The translations under genes and the position numbers were made by a program. Shown one piece after another: positions 18,249-31,863 of a DNA stretch of 64,000 bases. The stretch is from the NCBI GenBank assembly GCA_028023455.1, contig JAQFVV010000009.1, positions 11,346,001 through 11,410,000 of the forward strand, in the 5' to 3' direction. This DNA comes from Epiperipatus broadwayi (lineage: Eukaryota > Animalia > Onychophora). Every line of letters begins with the position of its first letter. Position 1 is the stretch's first letter. The notes beneath the pieces were generated by a model. It was not told the origin of the DNA and searched no databases. It saw only the letters and a program-made list of their open reading frames with translations.

Positions 18249-18870
18249 CAATAAAAGAATCAAAACATTTTATGAAAATATAACCAAACCAAGCAAGGAC
18301 AAAAAACAACATATATGTCTGCCATACATACCTAATATTGCAAAAGAACTAGTCAAAAAATTACAGAATGAATTCATAGTAGGTTTTCGAACCCCTCCCA
18401 ACACCAATAGAATGATTAATAATTCCAAGGACAAAACTGACCTACAAACAACACCACATGTGGTATACAAAATGACATGCCCTCAAGCAAACTGTGGAGC
18501 AGTATACTAAGGTGAGACTCGGGCCACTATAAACAATAGAGTGGCTCAACACAAATACTTATACAAAAGAGTATTACGCAGAAATGAAGGTAGCTCAGTG
18601 TTTGTGGAGCACCAAAAAATAGCTAATCATGAATTTGAACTGGCAAGTGCTACAATAATTTCCACTGAGAGGAGTGACATCAAAAGGAATATTAAGGAGG
18701 CATGGTATATAGCAAGAGATATGAAAGCAATAAACAGGAAGGATACATGCTTTTCTATTTCAAAGAGATGGACAATATAAATGAGCTTGCATAGATTTGC
18801 ATAAATTATCATGTTTGAAGGCTATAAATATGGAGATGAAAGCTCTGAAAGTGCTTAGCCTTAAGAAATA
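18010..18870 (+). mobile_element. Penelope-like element fragment (GIY-YIG endonuclease), interrupted by (ATT)n at 18105-18248
   Basis: ICLPYIPNI..VVYKMTCPQANCGAVY*GET..RVAQHK..KEAWYI matches the PLE RT-linker and GIY-YIG pattern. Confidence 0.85.
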
Positions 18871-18959
18871 TTATTGCAATTTTTTTAAGAATTTACTTTC
18901 ACTATATACGTCAAGCAGATTAAATCTTACATAGTTGTTAATGGTGAAGAAAAATCTGA

Positions 18960-19040
<81 letters not shown>

Positions 19041-19052
19041 CATCATCACCAT
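18960..19052. repeat. (AAT)n(ATT)n(ATC)n microsatellite at the 3' end of copy E
   Basis: Directly visible; the tract switches from AAT to its reverse complement ATT. Confidence 0.95.
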
Positions 19053-22000
19053 CATCTATAAAGGTTACATGAAGTCTACACAATTATGCCTTGATTACAG
19101 TGGCATGACAATTTTTGATTACATCAGTATAAAAGTGTTGGATAGGAATCTACATCAGTAAACCCATTGAATTACATTGCTTTAAAACTTACTGTTACTC
19201 ATTTCTGATTTTGTTGTTCATTCTCGTGCAGTCTTTTATTAATATTCTGTTATCATCTTTGTTTACTAGTCATAACTTTTATATATTTGTTAGCTGAAAA
19301 TTCATATTTCATATTGTCCTTTTAGGTTTTGTTTGAACAGTCTGTGCTTATATAATGGCTAGCTTTGCATACTCCTATAAATTGGCTTGTGATTTTAATA
19401 GTGACCAAGTAGCCACATAGATATCTGGATACTCAATCTTTGCATCTCTGCTTCTTATTTGTTGCAGATTGTTGTATAATGTTTACGGATGTCTTCTGGT
19501 GTTATTTCCAAAGCTGAAAATACATTGTGTGCACCAATACACACAAAGCCCAAAGATTGCTGCTCTTGCTGTAGGGGTTGCCTTCTTTTGTGTAAAATCT
19601 GTTAGCTGCTGTATGGTTTGTCTTGTTCTGTATAGATTTAGCATATTGATTCATGTAGTATTTAGTGCTGTACAGTTGTAAAATATTTGTTGTGTTTCTT
19701 CAGCAGCATGGCACAGGTTTCAGAATGGATCTATTGACCTATAACGATGATGGTATCTTAAGAAATTGGAAGTCAGTAGTGCAAACAGGTTTAGCTTTAT
19801 CAAGAAGTGAAAGAACTTTGGTTCCATTGACCATTTTCTGATGTTTTTGAGTTGTTTGTTATTTACTCCCAGCATTGGGCTAAAGGTCTGGTTGTTGGTG
19901 GGGCTGGGTTGTTCAACTTGTATGTCTGCCAATATGTGTATTTGCTGTTAAATGTGAGCATTGTAGTTCCAACATTGATTTGTGCTGAGTGTACTAATGA
20001 CTCCATATATTCATATGTGGGGATGGACAATCTGTAGGCATTATATTGAGGAGGCTTTGTGACTTCTGAAATCATGCAGTGATCTTTTCCAATAGGCTTA
20101 TTGTTTTTTTGTATGGAACACATATATTGTGTGTAGCCCCAGACCATTCTGTATAGTTGGTTGGCTGAGTTGTTTGATTGATATGGCTACAGTTTCCTAC
20201 CTCGTAGTTTACTACAGAGTGGTGATATGGCCACTGTAAAATTTTTTGTAAAGTTGCCAATAGGTGAAAAATATGCAATTCTTGTTGTTATGAGTATGTT
20301 AAATAGGAGTACTTTTGAATATAGAGATAAGTATGCATTTGATAAATATGCTTTGTTTGAGGTTATTTTGCAGTGCTTGTCTCATTCCATGTGCTCCCCA
20401 TTGGTTTTCCTTGGTATAGCTGTGTACAGATGAACCGTGCTGATGTTTTGGCTAGGTTGAATTGCAGTTTATGCATTTCTGTTTAATTTTGTAATATTTT
20501 TTCTAATACTGGTATTTCTTTCTGCAATGTTAGAAACACTGTCACATCCATCCGTATATGCAATGCAGGGAATATGTTGGGCTGTTCAGGGTATTAGTAT
20601 TCATGGCAACTCATTTTTAATCTGTTTTAAGAGTGGATTTATATATAAGATAAACAGCAGTGCACTGAGTGGTGATCTTTGTGAAATTGATTGTGTGGGA
20701 GTAAACGCTGCTGTATTTCTGCTGCTAAGTGTGAGATGTATCTCTCGTTTAAGTAAGAGGTTTGCAATGATGTATAATAGGGTGGATAAAATTGCTATGT
20801 TTGTGAGCATGTCCATTAAGACATCTATTGCAATAAAATTAAATGCTGCTTGTATATCCAGTTGAATTGCAATTGGTGCATACTTTTTATTTTGCTGCAC
20901 TGTATCATGTTAAATACAAGTGCAGTCTGTAGGTTTCTATTTTATCTTTGACTACCTTTTGCAATGATTCCCAATGGACCCATGGAGATGGGTAGAAGAT
21001 TGTTGAGACTTGAAATGGCTGTTGTTTTTTTTGTTAAATGGTACTATTGCTATTGGATATCTAGTGTTGTATTTTTTGTGATAGGGAATTAGGAAGGTTA
21101 CAAAGGTATTCCATGGTAAATTGACTCAAATGTGAAAGGACAAATACTGGTATGATGTTGTTTTCAGGGGTCAAGTATTGGGTTTTTTTAAGTTTTTATG
21201 AAATTGTTGGATCTGAAAGAGACAATCTGTTTCAGGCATTCCAAACTGATAGGTGTTTGATTTGTATTGCTTATATATTTGGAGCTTTTGCTTAAAATGT
21301 TGGTATATGGGATCAAACATGTTATGACCTGCATAGATGATACCGCTTATTTCAATTGCCATGGGCACTTTTCTGGTTAACAGATAGCCTAGTGCCCATT
21401 GTCTATATCCATGTGTCCATTTGTGTTGTTGTGTGAGGCATATTTTTTTTCTTTGTGGCAATGTATTCTTTTAATTGTTTACATGTATTGTGATATTGCT
21501 TTGTTAATTTTTGTATATACTGATGGGGGTTGTGCTTGGGTCTGGTGATGGTGATTCTCTTGTCAAAATCGTCTGCTAGTGCCATTAATATGGAGGGTGA
21601 GGGTGATTATCTTGTCATGCGATGTATGTTAAAGGATAGTATGTTGATGAATGACTGATATTTTTGAATTGGATCTTATGGGATATTGTTAATTTTGTTT
21701 AGCATGATGTAAGCTTCTGAGAATAGGAATTCAGTAGTGGTTGTTGGAAGTAGGAGTCTGATTGTTTTTTCTAGATGAATAAATGTTGCCTGGTGCTCTG
21801 AGAAATTTATTGTAATAGTTTGTGCAATATGTTCTGAAATGGGCATGGAATAAATTGGAAGTTGTTCAGGTGATGAAGCATTGGTGTGTAGTAGCAAAGA
21901 TCAATGAGTGTGGCATGCTGTCGATTGTAGAATGACACTGAATCTGCTGCAACAATGCCTTGAGTGCTCATGAATGGCAGGTTTAATTGATGCAACCATT

Positions 22001-24230
22001 TTATATTGAAATTTTTAATAGATTAAGTTGAAATCCTCCATTAATATTGTTGGGTTGTGGCTAGTTGCAGACTGGGAGTTTATTGTGAGAATTATATGTG
22101 CTATTATGCTGTGACCTAGGAATACATACACAAAAATAATGTTGATGTGCTATTATGCTGGGTCCTGGGGATATATACACAAAAATAATGTTGAGTGTGG
22201 TAATTTGATGCTGGAATGTAGTGCTTAGGAGATATGAGTCAATGTAAATAATTTTGAAAGTTGAGAAGCTGCAATTTGAGACTATGAGTATGCCTGTGCC
22301 TGCAGAAGGTGATGATGTGTCCCTGGAGTATGTGAGAAAACCTTGATTATATAGGTATTTGACTGGATTAATTTATGATCCATTGTAGATCTTTGTTTGT
22401 AGTAGTCTTAGTATTTGTGGTTGTATGAGGCTAATCCAATTGTTAAGCTGGTATATTTTTGCTATTGAATTAATGCCTCTGACATTCAGTGCTGCTATTT
22501 TAATTTTCATTAACTATGTGACTGGAATTGATTTGTATTTTTTGTTGTGGTTGCTTTGGGGATTTACATTGTATATTTTTCACTGACTTTTATTTTTGTT
22601 TGTTTTTGGTCTATTTGTTTGCTTTTGTATCATTATTCTGGTTGGTTTTTATATTAAGTGTTTTTTGGTTTTGTGCTTCTTCAATTTGTGATGTTGTGTT
22701 TATTAGATGGTTTTCCAATAGATTTTTAATTGTTTCCATTGGACTTGAGTCTTCATTTATATTATTAATCATTGGTGATTTAGAATTATCATCATCTGTC
22801 TTCACTTTTTTTGCTAGCTTCTTTCTGGTAGGTCTCCCAGGCTTCCTCTTGCTTTCTAGTAGTATTGGATTTGTCAGGGCTGCTTGGTGGTAGCAGTGAC
22901 TCTATTAATTTCTATGGCTGTGTTATTAATAATATTGTGTTGTGTGTTTTTATCTGTTCTGCAGTCAAATTCTGGCATATATGCATTTGTTTTACTTGTT
23001 GAGTTATTTTTTGTTTGGTTTCCATTTTCTCTTTGATCATGTTCCTTGAGTTGGAGTTTTGTTTTTTTCTGTGAACAAATGTATAAGGTCTAAGCTTGGT
23101 ATCTCTGCTTCATTATTGTTATTATTTTTTGTGTGGTTTGTGAACTGCTATCCTTGGCAATAGCTATTTTTTCTTCTGTTTGCATGGTGTGTGTTTTGAT
23201 TTTTGGTTAAGTTCTGGCAGTTTGGGCATTGTGCAGTGATATGTCTTATTTGTTTACATGAATAACACTGTGGTTATATAGAGTGAGCATTGCTTCATGA
23301 TCCAGAATCTGTTTTGGTATATTATCTGGATCAGAATCTGGATGTAGTTTTATTTTGAACTTGTAAGAGTTAGTCGCAATTGGTATTCACGTGTCTTTCC
23401 AGTATACTGTTTTGAACATATCTTGCCAAATGGTTCTATCATCCTTTGGAAGTCTTGCTCTGTATATCCCAGGTAGGTGTTCTTAATTATACCTGAAATG
23501 GTATTGGGATAATTCTGGTCTATAGTGATCAGTGCAAAGTTACCCAATGGTTTGATTTGTCTTCAAAATCTCTCCCTTTGTGTGATTTCATACAATTCCA
23601 GTATTAGGTACCGGTCACTGGGATGCTCTGAAATCTGTTGAATGGTGTTCCATAATCCATTTAATGTTATTATCTCATACAACCACTCTTTCGGAAATTT
23701 ATATAATGAAATATTGCGGACAACATAATGGATTTGGGAGAAAAAAATCTTTTGAATGTTGCAAAGAGATGTTTTGGTATGGATTTATTGAACAATTTTA
23801 TTGTGATGTTCAATTTTTCTTCATTTCAGACAACTTCTGGTGGGTTTTGACTTTCCTGTTTTCCAATATATAAATTATTTATGTCACTATCGGTTGGTTT
23901 CCTATATCTAGGATTGATCTTTTGAGGGTGGTTGCATTGATTTTTTTTTATCTCTTTGTTGATATCTGAGTTAAATTGCCTTACAGTTTTTTTGTTAAGA
24001 TAAATGAATTTCTTTTTTTATTTTCCTTTGACCATGTCTGCAAATGTTGGCTTGTTTTTTTTCTTTTTTATGGCTTTCATTGATGTTTTTGCCACCGTTA
24101 ATTAGGTCCGCTTCCGTGTGTGCTTGCGTTGGTAATTTTGTAATATTTGTTTTCAATTTAAATATTATCAATTAATGCTTATTTTTTCTGTTAGTTAATT
24201 TCATTTAAGTTAATACTACAACTTTTGATG
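19053..24230 (-). mobile_element. Near full-length decayed L1/Tx1-like element, copy E
   Basis: ORF1 relic has CYSCKQIRHITAQC near 23230-23270. ORF2 starts at ATG 22510 (MKIKIAALNVRGIN). RT segments include YAPIAIQLDIQAAF and SQRSPLSALLF (20601-20900). Confidence 0.88.
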
Positions 24231-24251
24231 TTATATATATATATAGATATG

Positions 24252-25085
<834 letters not shown>

Positions 25086-25561
25086 ACCTTAAAATATAAT
25101 ATATATATATATATATATATATTGTTTCTGATGTTTATAATAGCTTTTTAATGGTTTGAATGTGGAACATTTTTGCCTGGTCTGATGTGATGTACTGTGA
25201 CTTCTTATTTGGGGTCAGAAATCTTTCAGCAACTATGCCCAGAGAAACCTATTAGCTACTTTATCTTCCCATTCCATTCTCAACCCTAAGTTTTCCCATA
25301 ATCTGTTCCATCCCATTTCCACAATATAATCTTTGTTTTTTATTATTAGTTTGTTATTATTATTGTATATATATTTTAATATTATATTTTTTGTAGTTTA
25401 ATTTTTATGTGTTGGGTTTTTGAAAGATTTGGGAGGATTTTGGTTGAAAGGGTTTGGATTGAGTTGTTTTTGCTTTATATTATTTTGTTTTATTTTATAT
25501 GGAAATATGAAGAATAATAATTTTGGTTGTATTGATATAATATTTGTCTAATTTTTTATGT

Positions 25562-25608
25562 TGTAGTTCTGATGAAGACTGCTAGTACAGTCGAAACTGT
25601 AAAATATA
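25562..25608 (+). ncRNA. Minimal type I hammerhead ribozyme (Penelope/retrozyme type)
   Basis: TGTAGTT-CTGATGA-A-GACTG(ctagta)CAGTC-GAAAC-T-GTA-AAATATA has an intact core, a 5-bp stem II, a GUA cleavage triplet and a stem I with one mismatch. AATAAA follows downstream. Confidence 0.7.
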
Positions 25609-25799
25609 TAAATAAAGTTATTTGCTTAAAGTGTTGAAGGAGTATTGATGAATTTATAGTGCAATATCTAAATCCCCTTATCTTTTCCCAAACTCAGCAT
25701 AAAAACCAATAACCCACTTTCTGTATAATCACTTTGTTCATATTTATTCTTCATAACTTCATTATTTATACCCTTTCTGCTTCCAAGCATTTACATTGA

Positions 25800-26480
25800 A
25801 TTAAGAGATGCCTAATATTTTCTATGTCTTCCTTACAGAACTTGCAGACTAAATCACCCATATTTTTCCATTTACATGTATATTTCCTTATTGCTAAAGA
25901 TCCTGTTTGAGCCCTAAACAATAAACTACTTACTGTTATCATAAATTAACTTGCATGCAATGTTCCGTTTACTTCTATATATATTTAAACTCCATACTAG
26001 TTCTCCAACTCCCTATTCTTTATTAATGCATCTATTCTTCTATCCCATTCCTTACCACTATAACAATCCTCCTAACACAACCATCCCACCTTTTGTACAA
26101 ATATACTGATATAAATTCTTTATCCAAATCTTCTGCATACCACATTACCTTTCTCACCTATCTTGTTGCCTGACCTTTATTTGTAACCCAATTAAATGCT
26201 ATTTTAGCTATTATTTTATTATTCATAAACTGCAATCTACCGAACATTTTAATTTTGCTTTTTGCATCTTTCATATAAAAACTTGACCATCCCATTTCTC
26301 CTTGAATTGCCTCTTTTGCTGTCCACACATCTGCATTTAATGCACATCTTCCTACTTCCCTTTGTACTTTTTCTAATTAATCTAATACCCCTTTACAAAC
26401 ACACAACACATCATTGCTACATGTTAACCCTGCTAATGCATCTCCCTTCCATACAATTCTAGCTACATCATATATGTCTT
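25800..26480 (-). mobile_element. Decayed non-LTR retrotransposon, post-RT region
   Basis: Manual minus-strand translation gives LEKVQREVGR..EAIQGEMGWSSF..KSKIKMFGRL, a LINE C-terminal pattern. Clade not assigned. Confidence 0.5.
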
Positions 26481-26559
26481 TGCTCTCCAAAGTCTAAAGC
26501 GTCCTCTATTATTATTATTTTGCATTTAATTTTTTTTTGTTAGAATGGCAATATGAAGT

Positions 26560-27250
26560 AAGACAAAAAAATCACTTAACTCAGAAAATCATGCATTTCA
26601 AAAGAAACACTTATTTTTTTATAGAAAAAAATAGTAAATCAGTGTGCTTAATACATCAGGATTTCATTTACTAAAGAACATATCATTAAGAGACACTATT
26701 TATCAAAGCATTTTGACTATGACAAATTATTGGGGAAAAAAATAAATTTTAAAATAGGAGACTTGAAAAGGAGCTTCAACAAGTGCTGACATGTTTTATA
26801 TAAAAAAGTACAAGTTAGAAAGTTCTGCAAAAGCAAGTTATTTCAAGAAATAAAACAGAAAATTTGAAACCATTTTCTGAAAAGGAGTTTATAAATACTG
26901 CTATAGAATTAACCTGTCCAGAACATAAAAATAAAATTTGAGAATATATCATGATAGTGGTATCAAGGTGAATTGAAAAGATTGTCATTAAATGTGGAAC
27001 AGTCATTAATAATAATAAAGTTACTTTATTTCTAATTCACAAAAAATTATGGCCATTATTTAAAAAAGGGAAAGTTGAAATTGACCCACCAATTGACAAG
27101 GTTGAATATTCTTGATGATTAGAGGTAAATTAATTACATTTTTGATCAAATGTAGTAGACTAATTTTTAAGTTGATAATTTTGTATGGTTCACAAATGAT
27201 ATTATAAATACCCAAATGGTCCTTGGCAGAAAAAAGGTTTTCCATCCTTG
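26560..27250 (+). mobile_element. hAT (Charlie/SPIN-like) transposon relic
   Basis: A TAIELTCPEHKNK segment resembles GTF2IRD2/SPIN-type transposases. The 3' end AAAAAAGGTTTTCCATCCTTG resembles a hAT TIR (CAGGGGTGGGGAACC reverse complement). Confidence 0.45.
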
Positions 27251-27859
27251 GTTTAGTTTAAAGCATTCTATGTGTTTGTTTATTTTTTAATTTTATCATA
27301 ATTTTATTTTGAAGTAAAATTGTTATTCTTTTGCTTTTTCTGCTTTTTTTTTTTTTTTTGCCTTTATTTTATTATTAATATAAACAAAACACCTATGCCC
27401 TTTTAAATGCAAAATTTTTATTATTATTTTGGCTAACAGTTTTCAACTGTCTAGCAGTCTTCATCAAAATTGTAATATACATACATATGTATAAATACAA
27501 ATATGAATAACAATAATATATTAATTTATATATTTAATTTTTAAAAAATACATATAATATATTTTTGTGTATATCTCTAAATTTTTTAAATTTTATTATT
27601 TTTTAATCACAATTAAATAATATTAATATTAAAATATAAATAAAATCAAATTTAAAAATTAACAAAATTTAAAGAATTTAAAAGTATATATATAAATATG
27701 ACAACCTAATACTCTTATTTTAAAAGTATATGTATAAATTAATATGTTATATTATTGATATTTATATTTGTATTTATGTATGTGTATATATATATAACAA
27801 TGAAACTTAAATATATTCCAAACAACGGTAAACAATTTATAATATAATATAAATAAAAA

Positions 27860-28800
27860 CTCATAAAGAAATATTTTCGATTATGTTCATAATCATTTTC
27901 AACTCAACTTTCAAAATGGAATCATCTATTACCAACCGGAAACACTTGTCGATTTAAATATCCCACAATTCATTAATCCTAACATTTGCTGACTGTCTGT
28001 TTATTATCGTATTTTTATACCTACTAATAAAAACTGCCTCTTTAATTTTTTTTTTCATTATCTCTCTCTTGGCCTAAAATTTTTATTTTGTTTATATCAA
28101 AATCAAATTTAAAATTACAATTCCTATTATGATCATAAAAAACAGATTCAGTATATAACTTGACTTCATTATTATTATCATTACATATCTGTACATTTTT
28201 CAAAACTCTTTTATACAACAATTTATGTTCTTTAATTCTTTTCTCAGTATTACATCTAGATTCCCTCACATATGATAAGTTACATCGACAAAAAATTCTA
28301 TAAATTATATTACATTATTTTTTTCTAACTTATCTTTTGAAATATTAACCATTCTATTTAAATTACCCGATCCATAAAATGAAACATTATATATACTATT
28401 ATAAACTTTTCTCATAAATTTTACTTGATTATTATTATAAAAAGGCAAAGAAATCTACTTCTTACTCTCAATTTTTTCATCATTAGTATTCCTATTAATT
28501 TTCTTACTAAATTGACAAACCACTTGATAAATTTCTTTTATATTATAACCCACACTTAATAATTCACTTACATAATTTTCAATATTTTTCCTTTTGTCAC
28601 ATGCATATTTACACAAAATATTATTTCTATGTAAAAAAGACCTAAAACCAGCCATTTTATAATTATGTGGCACTTTAGATAAATATGGAATATACCCTCT
28701 CGTTTCAATAGGTTTAATAAACAATTTTTAGTCAATCATATTATTATTCCTTGAAATCTTCAAATCTAAATATTTAATACTGTTATTATATTCTTTCTCC
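27860..28800 (-). mobile_element. Penelope-like element fragment (RT thumb and GIY-YIG) with decayed hammerhead
   Basis: ORFs show GYIPYLSKVPHNYKMAGFRSFLHR and GESRCNTEKRIKEHK-like motifs. A hammerhead-like relic lies at 27866-27905. Confidence 0.8.
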
Positions 28801-31269
28801 ATAGTCCAGTTAAGACCTTTTAATATATATATATATATTACAGCTCTAATGAAGTCTGTTGGACATTCAAAACTGTGAGCCGCTAAATAATAACAAAGAT
28901 AATACTTTGCATTTAAAAGAGTGTATAAGAAAAAGGTGTTTTATTTATTTACTTATATTAATACATAATTTTATATTTTTTATAAACACAATGATTTTAT
29001 AAATATATAACAATAAAATTTATGATGGATTAAATATAAATTTTATTATTTTTACTCTATATTGCTATGTATATGTATGTGTCTGTAATTTATGGAGTTA
29101 TTATGCAATAAAATACTAAGATTAAGTGATAGTCCTTAATTATTACTGATGTTAGTTCAAAATTTCTGTATTTAGAGTTAGATAATAAACTTTAATAATT
29201 CTTTTCTGTCATTAACATGCAGAATTGTGGAATATTAATTACAAAAGTTAATATAAAATATAACTTTATAACAAGGATATATAATATTTAGAAAAGCTTC
29301 TTCTTTTTTTTTGGCAAATATTTTTATTTCTTTTTTAATGCAATTGCAATCTACTTTAACCTTTAATTCACATTACATACATAGCAATATGTGTTTATAT
29401 ATATAATTAATCAGAACTAAACATGATAAAGTTATAAACATAACAAAAGCTAAATGTATTAATTATTCAATACATATATTATATATTAGATTCACAAGAA
29501 ATATAGATACAAAAGATAACAATTATTAAAAATTTTAAATACATAATGCAAATAAAAGTATAGCCAATTTACAAAAGAAACATTTTATTGAGTTATACAA
29601 AAACTATGGATATAATCCCAAAAATATTTAAAATGTACACGATTCTAATAAAAACAACATTTGTATTCTAAATATTTGTAATTATAACAATAATTCTAAT
29701 AAAAAATGGATTAAGCTTTCATAGTATCTTAAAATATATAATACATTAATAATAAATAAAAATTATATAGATAAAAACTAATATACAATGGTCAGATAGT
29801 AAAAATCTACATAAATTAATATGTAATTATAAAATAAATTTGTATAAAGTCTAAAAAAGGAATTGTATATAAAATTGTGGAAATTGTAATATGATTTACT
29901 ATTGACATACAGCGAATCATTAGATGAAAGAGCAAAAGAATATAACAATGCAATTAATAAAAGACTTGATGATTATGCTTTATAAATTTACTATTTAAAA
30001 TATGGACATAAAATATATTGTAAAAAATAAATTAAACCTTTTAACTACAGTAAATAATCTAATAGAATGAAAATATGTCAAAGTAGTGATATACAACAAA
30101 AATAATTGTATGACTATATATAAAACATCAATAAATTTAATTAATAATTGCTCAAATAAAAATGAATGAAAAATTATATAGTACATATATATTTTTGCAT
30201 AGTATGCATTTTATACAAATTGTTATGTGCTGTATAATTGTTAGGTGCTGTATAATTAATACATTTCACTTTTGTTATGTTTGTAAGTATTTAGATTGTT
30301 TTATAATTATTTTATTATTGGTTCTGAGTATTTTTATATATTTTAATAAATGTAACTATATATGTAATATAAATTAAAGATCAAAATTGATTTAAATTAC
30401 GTTGAGGAGAGTTTAAAAATATTTTTTGAAAAAAGCTTCTTTTCTTGTGTTTTAGAATTGAGAGTCCCACATGATTGAATTATTCCATCTGATTGGCTTT
30501 CATGTAAGCATGTTTAAAGCGTATCTGTTTGAAAGTGTTTAGCTTTCACGTTATTACAATATTATCTGTTTGCGCTTAAAATTTGATTTATTTACATATA
30601 TATACTGTATATATACTGTTATAATGATATTTTATATTATTTAATTGAAATTAATGACAAAACTTCATAGTGGATTACATTTATGTTGACAGATTTATTT
30701 TATGATAAATAAATACTATTATATAAGAAAATTTATAATAATAATGCTCTAATAATAATTTAGTTAATTTGAAATTGTAATAAATCTAAACAGGTTCTAT
30801 GCAGGTAAGGTTTTTAAAGAGAATAACTAAAATGTGATTGTTTTGATAATCAAAAAATAACATAATTCTATTTTATATATTATTTTTATGCATAAGTAGA
30901 GTGCTTACTTATTTCTGCTTGTGATTAAATTATGAACTTTATTATGAAATAACCTAATTTACATATTTATTTTATTTTTACAAATGGCAGTTCATTTTTA
31001 TAGTAATATATATATATATAATTTTCATTTTAAAAATAGTTTATTTATTTGCCTATATACTGGTTTTTTATAAACTTAATTTTTAAATTAACCTAATGAA
31101 ATTTATTCATATTGTTAACACAAGAAATGACTTCAACATTAATATCTATAGCAGCAGCATCTCCAAGTTGCAGAATACTCATGGACATCATCCATACAAT
31201 ATCATTGTATGTGAACTTTAACTCTTCATTCTTCTGTCCTTTTTGATGAGAGGTATTTTGTGTTTGTAG

Positions 31270-31377
31270 CATGTAGTCCAGTGCGTGATAGTAGCCGTAA
31301 AAACTATAGGGAACATCATGTTGGTGACCTTCTTGCTACAGTTTATGTTCGCTGTCATAGGAGTTCAACTTTTTAAG
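31270..31377 (+). CDS. Ca-alpha1D: Cav1 L-type calcium channel alpha-1, domain III S4-S5 linker and S5 exon, variant A (mutually exclusive)
   Basis: AG/GT-bounded 108-nt phase-0 exon encoding [36 protein letters not shown], recognisable as Cav1 IIIS5. Confidence 0.95.
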
Positions 31378-31414
31378 GTAGGCAATTAAGTAAAATTCAT
31401 TGTCTTCTCTTTAG

Positions 31415-31522
31415 TATGTAGTCAAGTGCGTGATAGTAGCTGTGAAAACTATCGGCAATATCATGTTGGTCACCTATCTTCTGCAGTTCATGTTTGCCGT
31501 CATTGGAGTGCAGATGTTCAAG
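31415..31522 (+). CDS. Ca-alpha1D: Cav1 alpha-1 domain III S5 exon, variant B (mutually exclusive)
   Basis: AG/GT-bounded 108-nt exon encoding [36 protein letters not shown]. It differs from A at 4 of 36 residues and at many synonymous sites. Confidence 0.95.
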
Positions 31523-31593
31523 GTAACGCTAAACACAATGCAATATGATACACTTGCCAATTAGTACTGCCTGGCATCTGCATATTGATGTAA

Positions 31594-31666
31594 TGCATGT
31601 CATTGCATGGCCAGCTTTAGTGAAGTAGGTGAATCAGATCAATGCTTGGCTATGTCACCATGCATG
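31594..31666 (+). promoter_or_regulatory. Cluster of three TGCATG (Rbfox-type) intronic splicing elements
   Basis: TGCATG at 31594, 31604 and 31661, downstream of exon B. Confidence 0.55.
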
Positions 31667-31810
31667 CTCTGTTTGTTCAGTGTGCTTTAGTGATTTGTCT
31701 AATAATATAGATTCATGCACTTGTAATTTGCTATCTACCCATGATGCCATGTCAAGTCTTTGTTTTATAACTAGAGAAACGTTGATCTTTATCTTTTTTT
31801 TACTTTACAG

Positions 31811-31863
31811 GGAAAATTTTTTGTTTGTAATGATCCAGCAAAGATGACTAAAGAGGAGTGCAG
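31811..31863 (+). CDS. Ca-alpha1D: Cav1 alpha-1 domain III S5-P loop exon (53 nt, ends in phase 2)
   Basis: Strong acceptor (..tttactttacag) and donor (CAG/gtaagg). Encodes GKFFVCNDPAKMTKEEC(R), in frame with either upstream exon. Confidence 0.93.

Noticed and set aside
30794-30804. 11-nt microexon candidate cag/GTTCTATGCAG/gtaagg
   Set aside because: There is no pyrimidine tract, the length shifts the frame, and no insertion is expected between the S4 and S5 exons. Similar chance AG..GT pairs occur at about 32580 and 32822.
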